DNA of 64,000 nt from Marispirochaeta sp. (GCA_963676835.2 CAXXFF010000002.1:1664001-1728000); one strand, 5' to 3'; positions 1 through 10,635 are shown, counted from the stretch's first letter. Numbers and translations are program-made. The notes: a model not told the origin generated them from the letters alone.

Positions 1-1
1 G

Positions 2-2797
2 GGAGTCTTTTTTCAGAATCTTTATGCCCAGGAAGGTGCAGAACTTCTGTACCGTGAAGGCAGCTCCCGTTTTGAACGCGGTGATTATCAGGGAGCCGCT
101 GAGCGTTATAACGATTTCCTGCGCAGGTTCCCGGGGAATGAACATTATCCCGATGCTCTGTATCGGCTGGGAATTGCAAAGATTAAAACAGAAAAGTACA
201 GCGAAGGCATAGAACTGTTAAAGCGGCTTGAATCCAGATATCCCTCGGGACGATTCCGCTCAAGTTTCTGGATTGCCATGGCTTGCGATAAAACCGGTGA
301 GGAACAGGAAGCCCGTGAATACTGGGACCGATATCTTGAAACCGGCGATACACTCTACAGAAAAGAAGCTCTTCTCTCTTCTGCCTATGCACGGCGGGAT
401 ATGGCAAACATCGGGGAGTCTGAGAAACTGCTTTTAGAACTTCAGGTGCTTAATACCCGCTTTTTTACCACCGCCGGAGGTCTTGAACTTTTAGGTGATC
501 TTTATGCCCGGGAAAATCGCTGGGATGATCTGGCTGCTCTCGGAGCAGATATGCTCTCTAATGGGGAAGATATTCCCCCCCGGTTTATGCTGCGTTACGG
601 GGAATCCCTCAGTACAGTGGGTAACGCGGAAAAAGCCGAGGAGGTGTTTGTCGCCATAACCCTGGGGCCGGGGTCTGAAGTTCAGGCCGCAGCCTACGGC
701 TGGCTTTTTTCTATTTACGAAGAGTCCGGACGTTATCAGGATATGGAGCAGATGATCCTGGATGCAGAAGAGCGTCTGGCCGGAGACAGACAGGCCCTGG
801 CAGGATTCTGGTTCAGAGCCGGAGCTGTTCTTTCGGCGGGTGAAAATCCTGTCAGAGGATTGGGGTATCTCAAGCGGGCATGGGATGCCCGGAGTGAGGC
901 TGATCTTCCCGGTACCCTGCCTGTTTTTTATGCCAGGGCATTGATGGAGTCCGGAGATATTGAAGAGGCAATAGGTATTCTGGAGACAGCCCGAACGGAA
1001 TCCTTTGGTGATCCTGTCCGGCTTGCCTACAATCTGGCAGTACTCAAGGCTACCCGCGGAAACTGGCTGGAGGCGGAAGCCTTGCTGACCCCTTTTGAGG
1101 AAAAACTTTCTCCCGCAGGATCGCTTCTGTTATCCAAAGCCTATATGAATCTTGGTCTGTATACAGCCGGCCTGCATACTGCAGGAGCTGCCATGGAGAG
1201 AGTGAGTTCTTCACAATGGCAGATAGAGCTTCTTAATATTATCTGGCAGCTGCAGGCAACCATGGGACAGTATGACGGGGCAGTAAAAAGTTACGCCCAG
1301 ATGGTCCGCCTTGAAGGTGGTTCTAATGGTGACGAACCGGATCCGAAATATGCCCGGCTGTTATTCAATGCCGGACTGTATGATCAGGTTTTAAGAAAAC
1401 TGCCTGAGGAAAGTTCCGTCCCGGAAATTCAGGCCCTTCGCGGACTCTCGCTTGTCGGGACAGGTCAATATGCTGAAGCCCGTACTCTGCTTCAGGGGCT
1501 TTCATTAAAGGATCTGAGTGATGAGTATGCTGCTCTAACAGATTACTATATCTCCTGGTGCGCATACCGCCTTGGTGATTATAACGCCGCACTCTCGGGT
1601 TTTAATAAATTCCGGCAGCTCCATCCCGATCACAGCAGCGCTCTTGAGGCTGTCTATTTCGGCGGCTGGGCTGCTTTTTCCATGAAGCGCTTTGCTGTCG
1701 CCGCAGAGATGTTCGGAGAGTACCCTCAGAGCGGTCCAAGAATAGGAGATGTTCTTTTTGCCCGTGCCAAAGCTCTTGCCGCCGCAGGAAATGACGGCGA
1801 GGCTCTTCTCCTGGCGGAAAAGTATCTTGCCGGTATGGAAGACAAAGATAAACGGGCGGAAGCTCTCTACCTTATTTTTGAGATTAACCTGGAAAATAGT
1901 GACTTCAGCGGTGCAGAAGAAACCCTTACCCGTTTTGAATCTGAAAATATACGCGGAACCTGGTATTCCCGCAGTCTTTACCGTCTGGGTAAAGCGGAGT
2001 TTGATGCGGAAATGTATCCCGCCAGTGCTGCAAGACTGGACCGGTATAGAAAGCTTTACCCCCGGGGGGATAATGCCGCGGAGGTTCTCTACTACCGGGC
2101 TGAAGCAGCGGTTGCCATGAATGAAGTGCGGCTTGCTCTTCTGCTCTGGGACCGTATGATAAAAGAGTATCCCGACAGCAGGCTGCGGCCGGAAGCGCTC
2201 TCAAGGCGGGCGGGTATTCTTGTCTCGCTGGGTGAGTACCGTGAAGCCCTTAATGCCTATTCGAGCCTGATCGCAGGGTATCCCGCCCGTGCATCTTCCC
2301 TGGGAGCAGGAGAAGAGGTAAAGCGTCTGGAAGCTCTGCTGGTGGCAGCTTCATCCGAATTTGAACGCTTAAGAAAAGAGGCTGCCCGTGCCGGTGGCAC
2401 TGATTCTGTGGAAGGTCGTAATCTGCTCATACAGGCGGTTCACAGCGCCATTGCTGAAGGCAGGGCAGAAGAGTTTACCGAGGCAGACAATGTTGTGCAG
2501 GAACTGATGGAAGTGGAATCGGTGAACAGCCGGGAAAAAAGCAGCATTCTTTTTCTTGCCGGCGAATACCGGTTTCGGCAGAACGAATACAAGCAGGCAG
2601 CGTCTCTCTATCTTGAGGCAGCATCGACCTATACCGCAGACCCCGATTTTACCGCGGAAGCACTCTACCGCTCGGCCCAGATGTCTCTCTATGCGGGAGA
2701 CAGGCTCAGTTATCTCTCTGTCCTTGACAGGTTGAGACAGCGATACCCTGATAGCCCGTGGCTTGAGGCTGCGCAGAAACTGGAGGGACAGCTGTGA
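2..2797 (+). CDS. Large exported TPR-repeat protein (5' truncated by window edge)
   Basis: The frame is open from position 2 (GVFFQNLYAQEGAELLYREG...RRFPGNEHYPDALYRLG) into the ORF-track protein at 278. It has many YfiO/CpoB-like TPR units (e.g. YPDSRLRPEAL, YPRGDNAAEVLYY). LYA-QE looks like a signal peptidase site. Confidence 0.85.
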   Translation, partial: GVFFQNLYAQEGAELLYREGSSRFERGDYQGAAERYNDFLRRFPGNEHYPDALYRLGIAKIKTEKYSEGIELLKRLESRYPSGRFRSSFWIAMACDKTGEEQEAREYWDRYLETGDTLYRKEALLSSAYARRDMANIGESEKLLLELQVLNTRFFTTAGGLELLGDLYARENRWDDLAALGADMLSNGEDIPPRFMLRYGESLSTVGNAEKAEEVFVAITLGPGSEVQAAAYGWLFSIYEESGRYQDMEQMILDAEERLAGDRQALAGFWFRAGAVLSAGENPVRGLGYLKRAWDARSEADLPGTLPVFYARALMESGDIEEAIGILETARTESFGDPVRLAYNLAVLKATRGNWLEAEALLTPFEEKLSPAGSLLLSKAYMNLGLYTAGLHTAGAAMERVSSSQWQIELLNIIWQLQATMGQYDGAVKSYAQMVRLEGGSNGDEPDPKYARLLFNAGLYDQVLRKLPEESSVPEIQALRGLSLVGTGQYAEARTLLQGLSLKDLSDEYAALTDYYISWCAYRLGDYNAALSGFNKFRQLHPDHSSALEAVYFGGWAAFSMKRFAVAAEMFGEYPQSGPRIGDVLFARAKALAAAGNDGEALLLAEKYLAGMEDKDKRAEALYLIFEINLENSDFSGAEETLTRFESENIRGTWYSRSLYRLGKAEFDAEMYPASAARLDRYRKLYPRGDNAAEVLYYRAEAAVAMNEVRLALLLWDRMIKEYPDSRLRPEALSRRAGILVSLGEYREALNAYSSLIAGYPARASSLGAGEEVKRLEALLVAASSEFERLRKEAARAGGTDSVEGRNLLIQAVHSAIAEGRAEEFTEADNVVQELMEVESVNSREKSSILFLAGEYRFRQNEYKQAASLYLEAASTYTADPDFTAEALYRSAQMSLYAGDRLSYLSVLDRLRQRYPDSPWLEAAQKLEGQL

Positions 2798-4377
2798 TGC
2801 GTAAAATACTCCTGGCCTTTGGCTGCTTATGTATACTTTCATTAAGTCTTTATTCCCAGCAGGCAGCACAGGATGAACCCGAAGTGGAACTGCCCGAGCT
2901 GATTCTTCGCTTCGACGGTTCCTATACGGAGGAGCTTCCGCTGCTTGATATCTCCACCGATGAGGTTCTTCAGCCTGGGAAGCTCGAAGATCTGGAGATG
3001 ATTCCCGATATCAGCGCCCGGAACTTTGATCCGGTTCTACCGGTTCCGGATTACCAGACTCTGCCCTATGGTGCCGATGGTGCTCCTCTTTTCGGCAGGG
3101 GCTATATCGGTCTCGGATCGGCAAACTCTCTCTGGGGCGAGGTTGAAATTGCCACCCTGGGAACTGATCCGGGGTTCGGCCTCTCATATGCCCATAAATC
3201 TCTCGATGGTTTCGGTGCGGCAGCTCCCGGTGAAGGTTTTACCGTACGCAGGGAGGAGGCTCGCGGGGAAGCAGACTACTCGCTGCTCGGCGGTTCTTTC
3301 AGCTTTGACGGTACATTTATCGAGGAAGAGCGGGGACTGCAGCAGCAGAGCAGTTTTTCTTCAACCCTCTACCGGGATCTTGGAATACGTCTGGGCTATG
3401 ATTATTCCGCAGAGACCGGCTGGTTCTGGAACGCTGATGCCGCGTTAAGCGGGCTCTATCAGAACCTTTCCGGGATAAGTCCCGAAGATAATACACATAT
3501 GGAGTTCCGTCCCGCTGCCGAAGGTGGATATGCCTGGGATTTCCTGCGGCTTGGTCTCGGGGGTGTATACAACCTCCGCAGCAGCTCCGAAGGGGAGGCC
3601 GGCCAGTTTGCTCAAGCCCTGCTTTCTCTTGAGACGGATATTAACCCAAGTGTAGGGATTGCAGCCGAAGTTGGTGCCGGCTGGAACAGTGACGCCGGTA
3701 TAGGCGTTCCATTTACCCTCAGGGGAACCTTCGGAATCTCCCGCAGCCTTACCATGGAAGCATCGGGAGGTTATTATTTTCATCCCGCTGAATACTCGCC
3801 TCTTTTCGCTGAAAATTCCTTCCTCAGGCTTCCGGATGATTCTCTGGGTGTGGAAAAGGGGTGGGAAGCTGATCTCTCTTTCAGATTCCGCATCGGTACA
3901 GGGAAGTATCTAACCCTTGCCAGCGGTTTTACCAATGGTTCACTGTACCGGCCCTCCTCAATTTACGACCCGGCATCGCATCTGCTTATGGTGGAGCTCC
4001 AGGATACTGCCGAGTTTACTCCCCGGGGCAGACTTGATTTTTCACTGGGAGAAGCATTTTTTGCCGGAATTCAGTCGGAACTGCGATATGATTACCTTGA
4101 GGCAAGTATAGAGGAGGCAGAGGCGGAGTTTTCCCTCCGGACAGATTCTCCCACTGCCCATACCGGCTTCAGTTTTGACGCTGCGGTGGATCTGCTCACC
4201 CTGGACAGTATGCCGGTGCTGGGGGCATCTGCCTGGCTTGAACCGATAGACAGTGTTCGCTTTATTCTGCAGGGGGAAGATTTTCTTGCTCCCCTGGTAA
4301 AGGATGGAAGAATCGATGATTCTGGTCTTGAACTGCCGGGAATCACTCTTCGTCTGGCGGCGGAAATAAGTCTTTAA
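2797..4377 (+). CDS. Putative outer-membrane beta-barrel protein (TonB-receptor-like barrel without an evident plug)
   Basis: Signal peptide, alternating aromatic/Gly beta-strand pattern, and a C-terminal strand (ITLRLAAEISL). The ATG overlaps the upstream TGA. Confidence 0.6.
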   Translation: MRKILLAFGCLCILSLSLYSQQAAQDEPEVELPELILRFDGSYTEELPLLDISTDEVLQPGKLEDLEMIPDISARNFDPVLPVPDYQTLPYGADGAPLFGRGYIGLGSANSLWGEVEIATLGTDPGFGLSYAHKSLDGFGAAAPGEGFTVRREEARGEADYSLLGGSFSFDGTFIEEERGLQQQSSFSSTLYRDLGIRLGYDYSAETGWFWNADAALSGLYQNLSGISPEDNTHMEFRPAAEGGYAWDFLRLGLGGVYNLRSSSEGEAGQFAQALLSLETDINPSVGIAAEVGAGWNSDAGIGVPFTLRGTFGISRSLTMEASGGYYFHPAEYSPLFAENSFLRLPDDSLGVEKGWEADLSFRFRIGTGKYLTLASGFTNGSLYRPSSIYDPASHLLMVELQDTAEFTPRGRLDFSLGEAFFAGIQSELRYDYLEASIEEAEAEFSLRTDSPTAHTGFSFDAAVDLLTLDSMPVLGASAWLEPIDSVRFILQGEDFLAPLVKDGRIDDSGLELPGITLRLAAEISL

Positions 4378-4418
4378 CGCGAATGAATGAGAAGAACGGA
4401 TAAAAGAAGGAATAACGA

Positions 4419-5033
4419 ATGAACAGTTTTATGAGTCTTATGCAGGACGGCGGTCTGATTCTCTGGATAATTATGGCGTTATCCCTGGCTGCGGGGGCAA
4501 TAATTATCGAAAGGATGCTCTTTTTCAGACGCATTCGGGTTGATGAAGAGACTCTTCTGTCCCGCCTAAAGATGACCCTGCAGAAAGGGCATGCCGATGA
4601 AGCCCTCAGCATATGTGAAAGTAACCCTTCACCGTTAACCAACCTGGTTAAAGTGGGAATAGAAAACCGGCACAAAACCACGGGAGAGATTAAAGATCTG
4701 GTTGTAAGTGCAGCTAATCTGGAAATCCCCCAGCTGGAACGCTCTTTGAGCGCTCTGGGCACCATTGCCCATATTGCTCCGCTTCTGGGGCTCCTGGGTA
4801 CGGTAACCGGAAACATAGAGGCCTTTGGTGTCCTCGGTGAGTTTGGTGCTGTTGGCGACCCGGGACTGCTGGCGTCGGGAATTGCAGAGGCCCTGGTTAC
4901 CACTGCAGCGGGACTTATTGTCTCTATTCCTGCTATTGTTTTCTACAACCACCTGGTAAGCCGGGTAAACCATATTATTATCCGCCTGGAAAACCGGGTT
5001 AACGAGCTGGTACTCTTTCTGGGAGAGGTCTGA
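4419..5033 (+). CDS. exbB: MotA/TolQ/ExbB proton channel protein
   Basis: IAPLLGLLGTVTG and GIAEALVTTAAGL motifs. Confidence 0.9.
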   Translation: MNSFMSLMQDGGLILWIIMALSLAAGAIIIERMLFFRRIRVDEETLLSRLKMTLQKGHADEALSICESNPSPLTNLVKVGIENRHKTTGEIKDLVVSAANLEIPQLERSLSALGTIAHIAPLLGLLGTVTGNIEAFGVLGEFGAVGDPGLLASGIAEALVTTAAGLIVSIPAIVFYNHLVSRVNHIIIRLENRVNELVLFLGEV

Positions 5034-5434
5034 TGCAGTTCCGTAGGCGTCTGAAAACCAATGCCACCGTGGATCTGGTTCCCATGATCGATGTTGTGTT
5101 TCAGCTCGTAATTTTCTTCATGGTCTCCACTACCTTCATACTCACTCCCGGGATCAACCTGGCTTTGCCGGAATCCACAACTGCTGAGCCCGTGGCGGCA
5201 GCAAAGATTGTCATAACCGTGGCTTCCGAAGAAGAGGTGTATCTCAACAAGGACAAGGTTGAACTGGAAAGCCTTGTGCCTCTGCTGAAAGAGATGCGGG
5301 GCGGTGCAGAAGAAGGCAGCGTCATTGTTGAAGGAGACCAGCAGGTTTCCTATTCACTGCTTATACGGGTGCTGGATGTACTGCGCTCCGCAGGATTTTC
5401 CGGTGCCAATCTGAGGACCCTGGAGCAGGATTAG
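5033..5434 (+). CDS. exbD: ExbD/TolR biopolymer transport protein
   Basis: LVPMIDVVFQLVIFFMV motif; coupled to exbB. Confidence 0.9.
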   Translation: MQFRRRLKTNATVDLVPMIDVVFQLVIFFMVSTTFILTPGINLALPESTTAEPVAAAKIVITVASEEEVYLNKDKVELESLVPLLKEMRGGAEEGSVIVEGDQQVSYSLLIRVLDVLRSAGFSGANLRTLEQD

Positions 5435-5437
5435 GGC

Positions 5438-6424
5438 ATGACTCATTTGAATGCCGGAGAAAAGGAACGTATCCTCTTTGCCGCCGGAATTTCATTGCTG
5501 CTGCATTTTATTCTGGCAGCTGTGATTATGCTTATGCCCGGCAGCGCAATAAAACCAAGCCGGCCGGACTCACCGCCGATACATGTAGAGTTTGAACCGC
5601 TGGTGCGGACTGCAGAAATCCCGCTGCCCGAACCTCCCCGGGTGGAGGAGAAGATTGAAGAGGTAAGGCCGGAGGTTCCGGTTGACACACACACTGTACA
5701 GCCCAGACCGGTGCCCCAGCCGCAGCGGAACTCGAGTTCCGCCCTGTCTTCTACTGCTCCGGCAGCGCCCGGGCCGTCTGCGGCAGAGGAGTATCCTGCC
5801 TGGACTCCTCCGGAAGTTGAGGATGTTCAAACCAGTTTCAGCTCGGCACCTTCTGTCTCCTCCCAGGGTGGGCGCCAGCTTGACCCTTCCAGTTCATCCG
5901 ATTCGCAGGCTCTGCGGGGGACTACCGACCGCAATACCGGTGCTCTGGATGAGAGCCCCGTTGAAGTCTCCTCTCCATCAGGCAGTGCTGCTGCGGTTAT
6001 AAGTAATAAAGAGCTGGAAAAGCTGGATGAGGCAATCGCCGCCGGTGGATCCGGCAGTACCGGGACCGCCGGAAGTGCCTCCGGAGGGGTTGCCGAAGAA
6101 GAGAATGTAGGCGATATCCGTAATATTGTTTCCAAACTCAGTTATCGCGGGGCTCAGTATGCCGGTCCTCCCGCACCCACTGCGGATGTTGTGCAGGAGC
6201 TGCAGCAATACGGATTAACCACTGTCCCGGTGGAGATTTCCTTCACCATTTCTCCTGCGGGGATAATAACCGACTTGCAAACCTCCGCCGCTTCGATATA
6301 TCCTGCTCTGGACGCCTTTCTGAGGGATGAGCTGCCTGAGGTTCTTACTTTTGAGCCGCTGCCCCGGGAATCCCAGCATATCTGGCAGCAGGTTAATCTG
6401 GAACTGGTGGTCAAATCCAACTGA
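5438..6424 (+). CDS. TonB/TolA-like energy transducer
   Basis: N-terminal TM with SLLLH, Pro/Ser-rich linker, and a C-terminal domain with ISFTISPAGII; follows exbBD. Confidence 0.65.
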   Translation: MTHLNAGEKERILFAAGISLLLHFILAAVIMLMPGSAIKPSRPDSPPIHVEFEPLVRTAEIPLPEPPRVEEKIEEVRPEVPVDTHTVQPRPVPQPQRNSSSALSSTAPAAPGPSAAEEYPAWTPPEVEDVQTSFSSAPSVSSQGGRQLDPSSSSDSQALRGTTDRNTGALDESPVEVSSPSGSAAAVISNKELEKLDEAIAAGGSGSTGTAGSASGGVAEEENVGDIRNIVSKLSYRGAQYAGPPAPTADVVQELQQYGLTTVPVEISFTISPAGIITDLQTSAASIYPALDAFLRDELPEVLTFEPLPRESQHIWQQVNLELVVKSN

Positions 6425-6439
6425 TGCAAGCGATGGAAC

Positions 6440-7102
6440 ATGAAAATCCGCGGAGTAGCTTTTGACATAGACGGGACCCTGTACCCGAACCTTCATATGT
6501 ATCTGTTTTCTCTTATCCCCGGTCTCAAGCACCCAAGGCTCTCGCTTGCATTCGGCAGGGTGCGTAAAGAGATTCGCGAAATCCGGCCGGTGGACAATTT
6601 CCGGCATCTGCAGTCCCGTATGATTGCCGGATACCTTGGTACCACTCCGGAAAAGGCCTATGCCCTGGCGGAGAAATATCTCTACGACAGCTGGGCAATC
6701 TCCTATAAAGGACTTAAGGCCTATCCGGATGTACGGTCTGTTCTCGAAGAGTTCAAGTCCCGGGGACTGAAGCTTGCAGCCATGTCGGATTTTCCCATAC
6801 AGAACAAGTTTAAATATCTCGGTCTCACCGGTCTTTGGGATGCTGCATTTACCGCAGAAGATACCAACTATCTCAAACCCCACCCGGAGCCCTTTCAGCG
6901 TCTTATCGATGAACTTGATCTGCCTGCGGAGGAGATCCTCTATGTGGGCAACAGTTATTCCTACGATATCCTGGGAGGTAAAGGCGCAGGTATGCGCACC
7001 GCCCATTTAAGCCGCCGTCCCCACAGAGACAGCGTTGCGGACTTTACCTTTTTTCGCTATATGGACTTACGGGATTTCGTTTTTGATCATATTGGGGTAT
7101 AA
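6440..7102 (+). CDS. HAD-family hydrolase
   Basis: FDIDGTLY, KPHPEPF and YVGNSYSYD motifs. Confidence 0.9.
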   Translation: MKIRGVAFDIDGTLYPNLHMYLFSLIPGLKHPRLSLAFGRVRKEIREIRPVDNFRHLQSRMIAGYLGTTPEKAYALAEKYLYDSWAISYKGLKAYPDVRSVLEEFKSRGLKLAAMSDFPIQNKFKYLGLTGLWDAAFTAEDTNYLKPHPEPFQRLIDELDLPAEEILYVGNSYSYDILGGKGAGMRTAHLSRRPHRDSVADFTFFRYMDLRDFVFDHIGV

Positions 7103-7140
7103 TTACTCCGGGTCAATAGAAAAAAACTGGGAGTGGGGCA

Positions 7141-10100
7141 ATGCTATTCGACTCTTTTTTTCAGGCGGGTAATGTACTAACCCTTGCGATAGTACTGATA
7201 ATTCTCGCTGTTTACCGTCAGTTAGACAAAGATAACCGGTCTCTGGAGAAGGTGAAGAAATTTGCCGACCGCATGAAGGACGAAATAGGCGCCTATGTGG
7301 ACGACAAGAGCCGGGATATGCAGAACCTCGCCATAGAGCTGGATGTTCATCAGAAAACCGCCAAAGAAATTCTTTCCCGCCTCAACAGTGCCGAATCTGC
7401 TCTGGCAGAACGTTCCGGTGCCTTTGAAGAGGTGAGCGCTCATATCGCCGGCTATGATGCGGCTCTTAAAGAGCTGGGGGAAATGACCGGCAAGGTTGAG
7501 GAGAATCTCAAGCGTATCGCCTCTGAATCAGAGTTTGTGGATACCGTTGCCCGCAGGGTAAAAGCTGTGGCCGGGCAGCTCTCGGAACTTGAAAAAAATG
7601 CCCCCCAGATTGAAACACGTCTGCAGGATGAAAGCCGCAAGATTCTTGAAAATCTTAAAGAGGAAATTATCCGGGGTGTTTTTGATGAACTCGGCAGACT
7701 TAAAAAAGAGATGCGGGAGACCGGCTCCAGGGTTGATGAGTTTGCAGAGTCTGTCCGCAGTCTCAAGGAAGAGCAGAGTGACCTTGAGCGGGATACCATT
7801 GAATCCCTGAAAAACTCCGCTGAAGAGCTGCGGCAGGATCTTGACCGTACCAAAGGCAGCCTTGAAGAGGAATTCGAAGCAAAACTCTCTTCCCTGGGGG
7901 ATAGTGCCGAGAAGGATATCCTTGACCGCATTAACAGAGCAGCTGAATCCGGGCGTAATCTGGAAAGCGAAGTTCTGGAATCGCTTCGGGATTATATCGA
8001 AAACCGGGTGGGAGAGGTAAAAGCCGAAACCGCCGCCTGGAAGGTGAGCGCCGAACGCAGTATGGAAGAGCAGCAGGCTGGTCTCGGCCGCTCCCTCGAT
8101 AATCTGGAACAACTTTTTAACGGGGTAAAAACAGAGAGTGAAGGGTGGAAAAGCGAGGCCGAAACGGCTCTCGAAGGACACCGCCTGGGAATGCAGAAGA
8201 AACTTGCCGATCTTGAAACCCGTCTGCTTGAATATGAAGAAGATACAGGATACCGCTTTTCCCGGATCGAAGAGATTACCAGAGATATGGACCAGTTGGA
8301 GGAAAACCTCAAGGGATCCATGGACAGGGTTTCCGCCAGAATCCGCAAGGAGTTTGCCGACTTCTCTGCAGTATTAACCACCGAACGGGAAGCTGAGCGC
8401 CAGCAGGCTGAAGAGGAACTCAAATCCATCCATGCAGCCATGGGCCAGCTTGAAGAGGAGATCAATGCTCTCAAGGCAAAGGCCTACGACAGCATCAGCG
8501 AAAATCTCAAGCTTATGGAAGATGATTTCTTCTCCGACCTTCGGACCCGCAGTGCTGCCATGCAGGAACAGTTTCAGGATTGGCGGGAAAAAGTCCGGGA
8601 AAATCTGGATACTCTGGCCCAGGAATCTGAAAACCGCAGGAGTGATGTGGAGGAGCAGTACCGGGTAGATCTTGATCAGCGGCTCAATACCGTGAGGGAA
8701 GAGATAACCGGTCAGCTTGAATCCATGAGCGGTGAAGTGAACCAGTTCTATCAGCGGATGCAGCAGCAGATAGCCGGAACCGAGACGGACATGAAGTCCC
8801 TGGAGGATGCTATCCGCCAGGATGTTGAGGAAGCCCGCCGTCAGTCCCGGGCCTCTTTTGAGACAATCTTTACCGAGCATGATACCTCCATCAAGGATCA
8901 GGTAAAGAGAAACGAACGGGAGTTTCAGGCAGAGCTCAAACGTATCGGCGATGAACTTGGAACCGGGCGCAAGGAGCTGACCTCTCTGCTTGAAGCGGCA
9001 AAATCGGATGTTACTGTCTGGCAGGCTCAGGTTCTTCAGCAGCTGAAAGAGGCGGAAGCGGAGCTTGCGGAGGATCTCTCGGGCTTCAAGCTTTCCACAA
9101 AAGAGAATACCGCCGAACTGGTTAAAACCTATTCCGAAGAACAGGAAGAGCTGGTGCAGAACAGCCAGGCGGAACGGGCCCGTATTCGTAATGAGATAAA
9201 AAGCCTTAGTGAATCTGTTTTGGAGCTGCAGAATGAGCTGCGGAAGCGTTCTGAAGAGTCTCTGGACAGACATTCCCGGGATTCCGAAGAGGCCCTGACT
9301 GAATTTCAGCGCCGTTCCAGAGAACTCCTTTCTGAGTCCGATGAAACTCTTAAGGAGTTCAGGGTATCCGCTGCAGATATCAAGGATAAGGTTGAGACAG
9401 TTCAGACCAAACTCTTTGGCAAGATAGATGATCAGTACAAGATTCTCACCGTAAAGCTCCAGGAAATAGACAAGCGTCAGAAGAACTTTGTTGAGCAGAC
9501 CAAGATTTTTGACCGTGCGGATTCCCTGAAAACCAGCCTTGAGGAGACTCTGGAAGACCTGAAGTCTGAAATTGCCAGGGTCGATGCCATGAGCAAGGAG
9601 ATCAAGGAGTCAGAGCGTAAATTTGTCAAGGTTCAGAAACTCGGCGAAGAGGTGGGTGCCAAGTTTACCCGCTTCCTCAGTGAGCGGGGCAGAATCGAAG
9701 AGATGGAAGGAGACTTCAAAAAGCTTATAAACCTTTCCCAGGCAATTGATCTCAAGCTCAATGATGTCACTACCTCTCATGATACTCTCACTTCGCTGCA
9801 GGCACAGCTCAGGCAGCTTGAAGATGTGCAGAAAGAGGTTGATCTCAAGTTCGAACGCCTTGAGAGCAAGGGGAATGTTCTGGATGCAACCGCCGCTGGT
9901 GTGGATAAGAACTTTCAGTCTCTGGAAGAGCTGGAAGGCCGGGTTAAAGAGATTACCGGGCAGATTTCCGGACTGCCCAGGGGAATTGAGTCCATTAGAC
10001 AGGAGATTGCACAGCTTTCCGCCAACAAGGACCGGGCCGATGAGGCCATGGAAAAGCTTGAAGCTCTTGATGGTGTTCTTAGGGATATTGAAGAGCGATC

Positions 10101-10380
10101 CGGAAAAATGCAGCAGGCCCGGGAGTGGCTTGCCCGAACGGAAACCCGGCTGCAGGAAGTTGGAAAACAGGCTCAGGAGCAGGTCAAGCTCCTTGGTTCC
10201 ATAATGAAGGAAGAGACCCGCCGGGGAACCAAAGAGAAGGGCGCTCCCAACCTTGGGGCCCGCGAAGTGGTTACCAAGCTTGCTCACCAGGGCTGGTCCG
10301 TGGAAGAGATTGCCCGGGCAACCAAGCTCAGCCGCGGTGAGGTTGAGCTTATTCTGGAGCTTCTTCCCAAAAAAGGCTGA
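7141..10380 (+). CDS. Spirochaete membrane-anchored long coiled-coil protein (SpiroCoCo-type) with C-terminal HTH
   Basis: N-terminal TM followed by RQLDKDNRSLEKVKKF, about 1000 aa of heptad-rich sequence, and C-terminal GWSVEEIARATKLSRGEVELIL. Confidence 0.8.
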   Translation: MLFDSFFQAGNVLTLAIVLIILAVYRQLDKDNRSLEKVKKFADRMKDEIGAYVDDKSRDMQNLAIELDVHQKTAKEILSRLNSAESALAERSGAFEEVSAHIAGYDAALKELGEMTGKVEENLKRIASESEFVDTVARRVKAVAGQLSELEKNAPQIETRLQDESRKILENLKEEIIRGVFDELGRLKKEMRETGSRVDEFAESVRSLKEEQSDLERDTIESLKNSAEELRQDLDRTKGSLEEEFEAKLSSLGDSAEKDILDRINRAAESGRNLESEVLESLRDYIENRVGEVKAETAAWKVSAERSMEEQQAGLGRSLDNLEQLFNGVKTESEGWKSEAETALEGHRLGMQKKLADLETRLLEYEEDTGYRFSRIEEITRDMDQLEENLKGSMDRVSARIRKEFADFSAVLTTEREAERQQAEEELKSIHAAMGQLEEEINALKAKAYDSISENLKLMEDDFFSDLRTRSAAMQEQFQDWREKVRENLDTLAQESENRRSDVEEQYRVDLDQRLNTVREEITGQLESMSGEVNQFYQRMQQQIAGTETDMKSLEDAIRQDVEEARRQSRASFETIFTEHDTSIKDQVKRNEREFQAELKRIGDELGTGRKELTSLLEAAKSDVTVWQAQVLQQLKEAEAELAEDLSGFKLSTKENTAELVKTYSEEQEELVQNSQAERARIRNEIKSLSESVLELQNELRKRSEESLDRHSRDSEEALTEFQRRSRELLSESDETLKEFRVSAADIKDKVETVQTKLFGKIDDQYKILTVKLQEIDKRQKNFVEQTKIFDRADSLKTSLEETLEDLKSEIARVDAMSKEIKESERKFVKVQKLGEEVGAKFTRFLSERGRIEEMEGDFKKLINLSQAIDLKLNDVTTSHDTLTSLQAQLRQLEDVQKEVDLKFERLESKGNVLDATAAGVDKNFQSLEELEGRVKEITGQISGLPRGIESIRQEIAQLSANKDRADEAMEKLEALDGVLRDIEERSGKMQQAREWLARTETRLQEVGKQAQEQVKLLGSIMKEETRRGTKEKGAPNLGAREVVTKLAHQGWSVEEIARATKLSRGEVELILELLPKKG

Positions 10381-10635
10381 TTCCGGTGGATCGGGAATAG
10401 TTCCGCCGTAAGCCGCCTTTTCTGTCAGGTACCTGATTTGGGGTGTTTCATTTCGAAGGTATCTGCAACTGACATGCTTCGGGATCAGGGTGCAGACGCT
10501 GCAGGCTCTTAACTCCTTGTCTGCGGTAAAAATACATTCTTTTTAAATGTTCCTGCTGCTGGGACTTAACAACACTTGACGGATGCTGTGGTGTATTAGT
10601 AAATTATGCCACAAGATTCACTGACAGAGGTAGTT

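Noticed and set aside
24..277. Small ORFs before 278, or a frameshift in the TPR gene
   Set aside because: The TPR frame is continuous from position 2 to 2797.
10381..10635. CIRCE operator or hrcA upstream of grpE-dnaK-dnaJ
   Set aside because: No TTAGCACTC-N9-GAGTGCTAA and no hrcA ORF. Only a weak TTGACG promoter candidate is present, with no convincing RNA structure.
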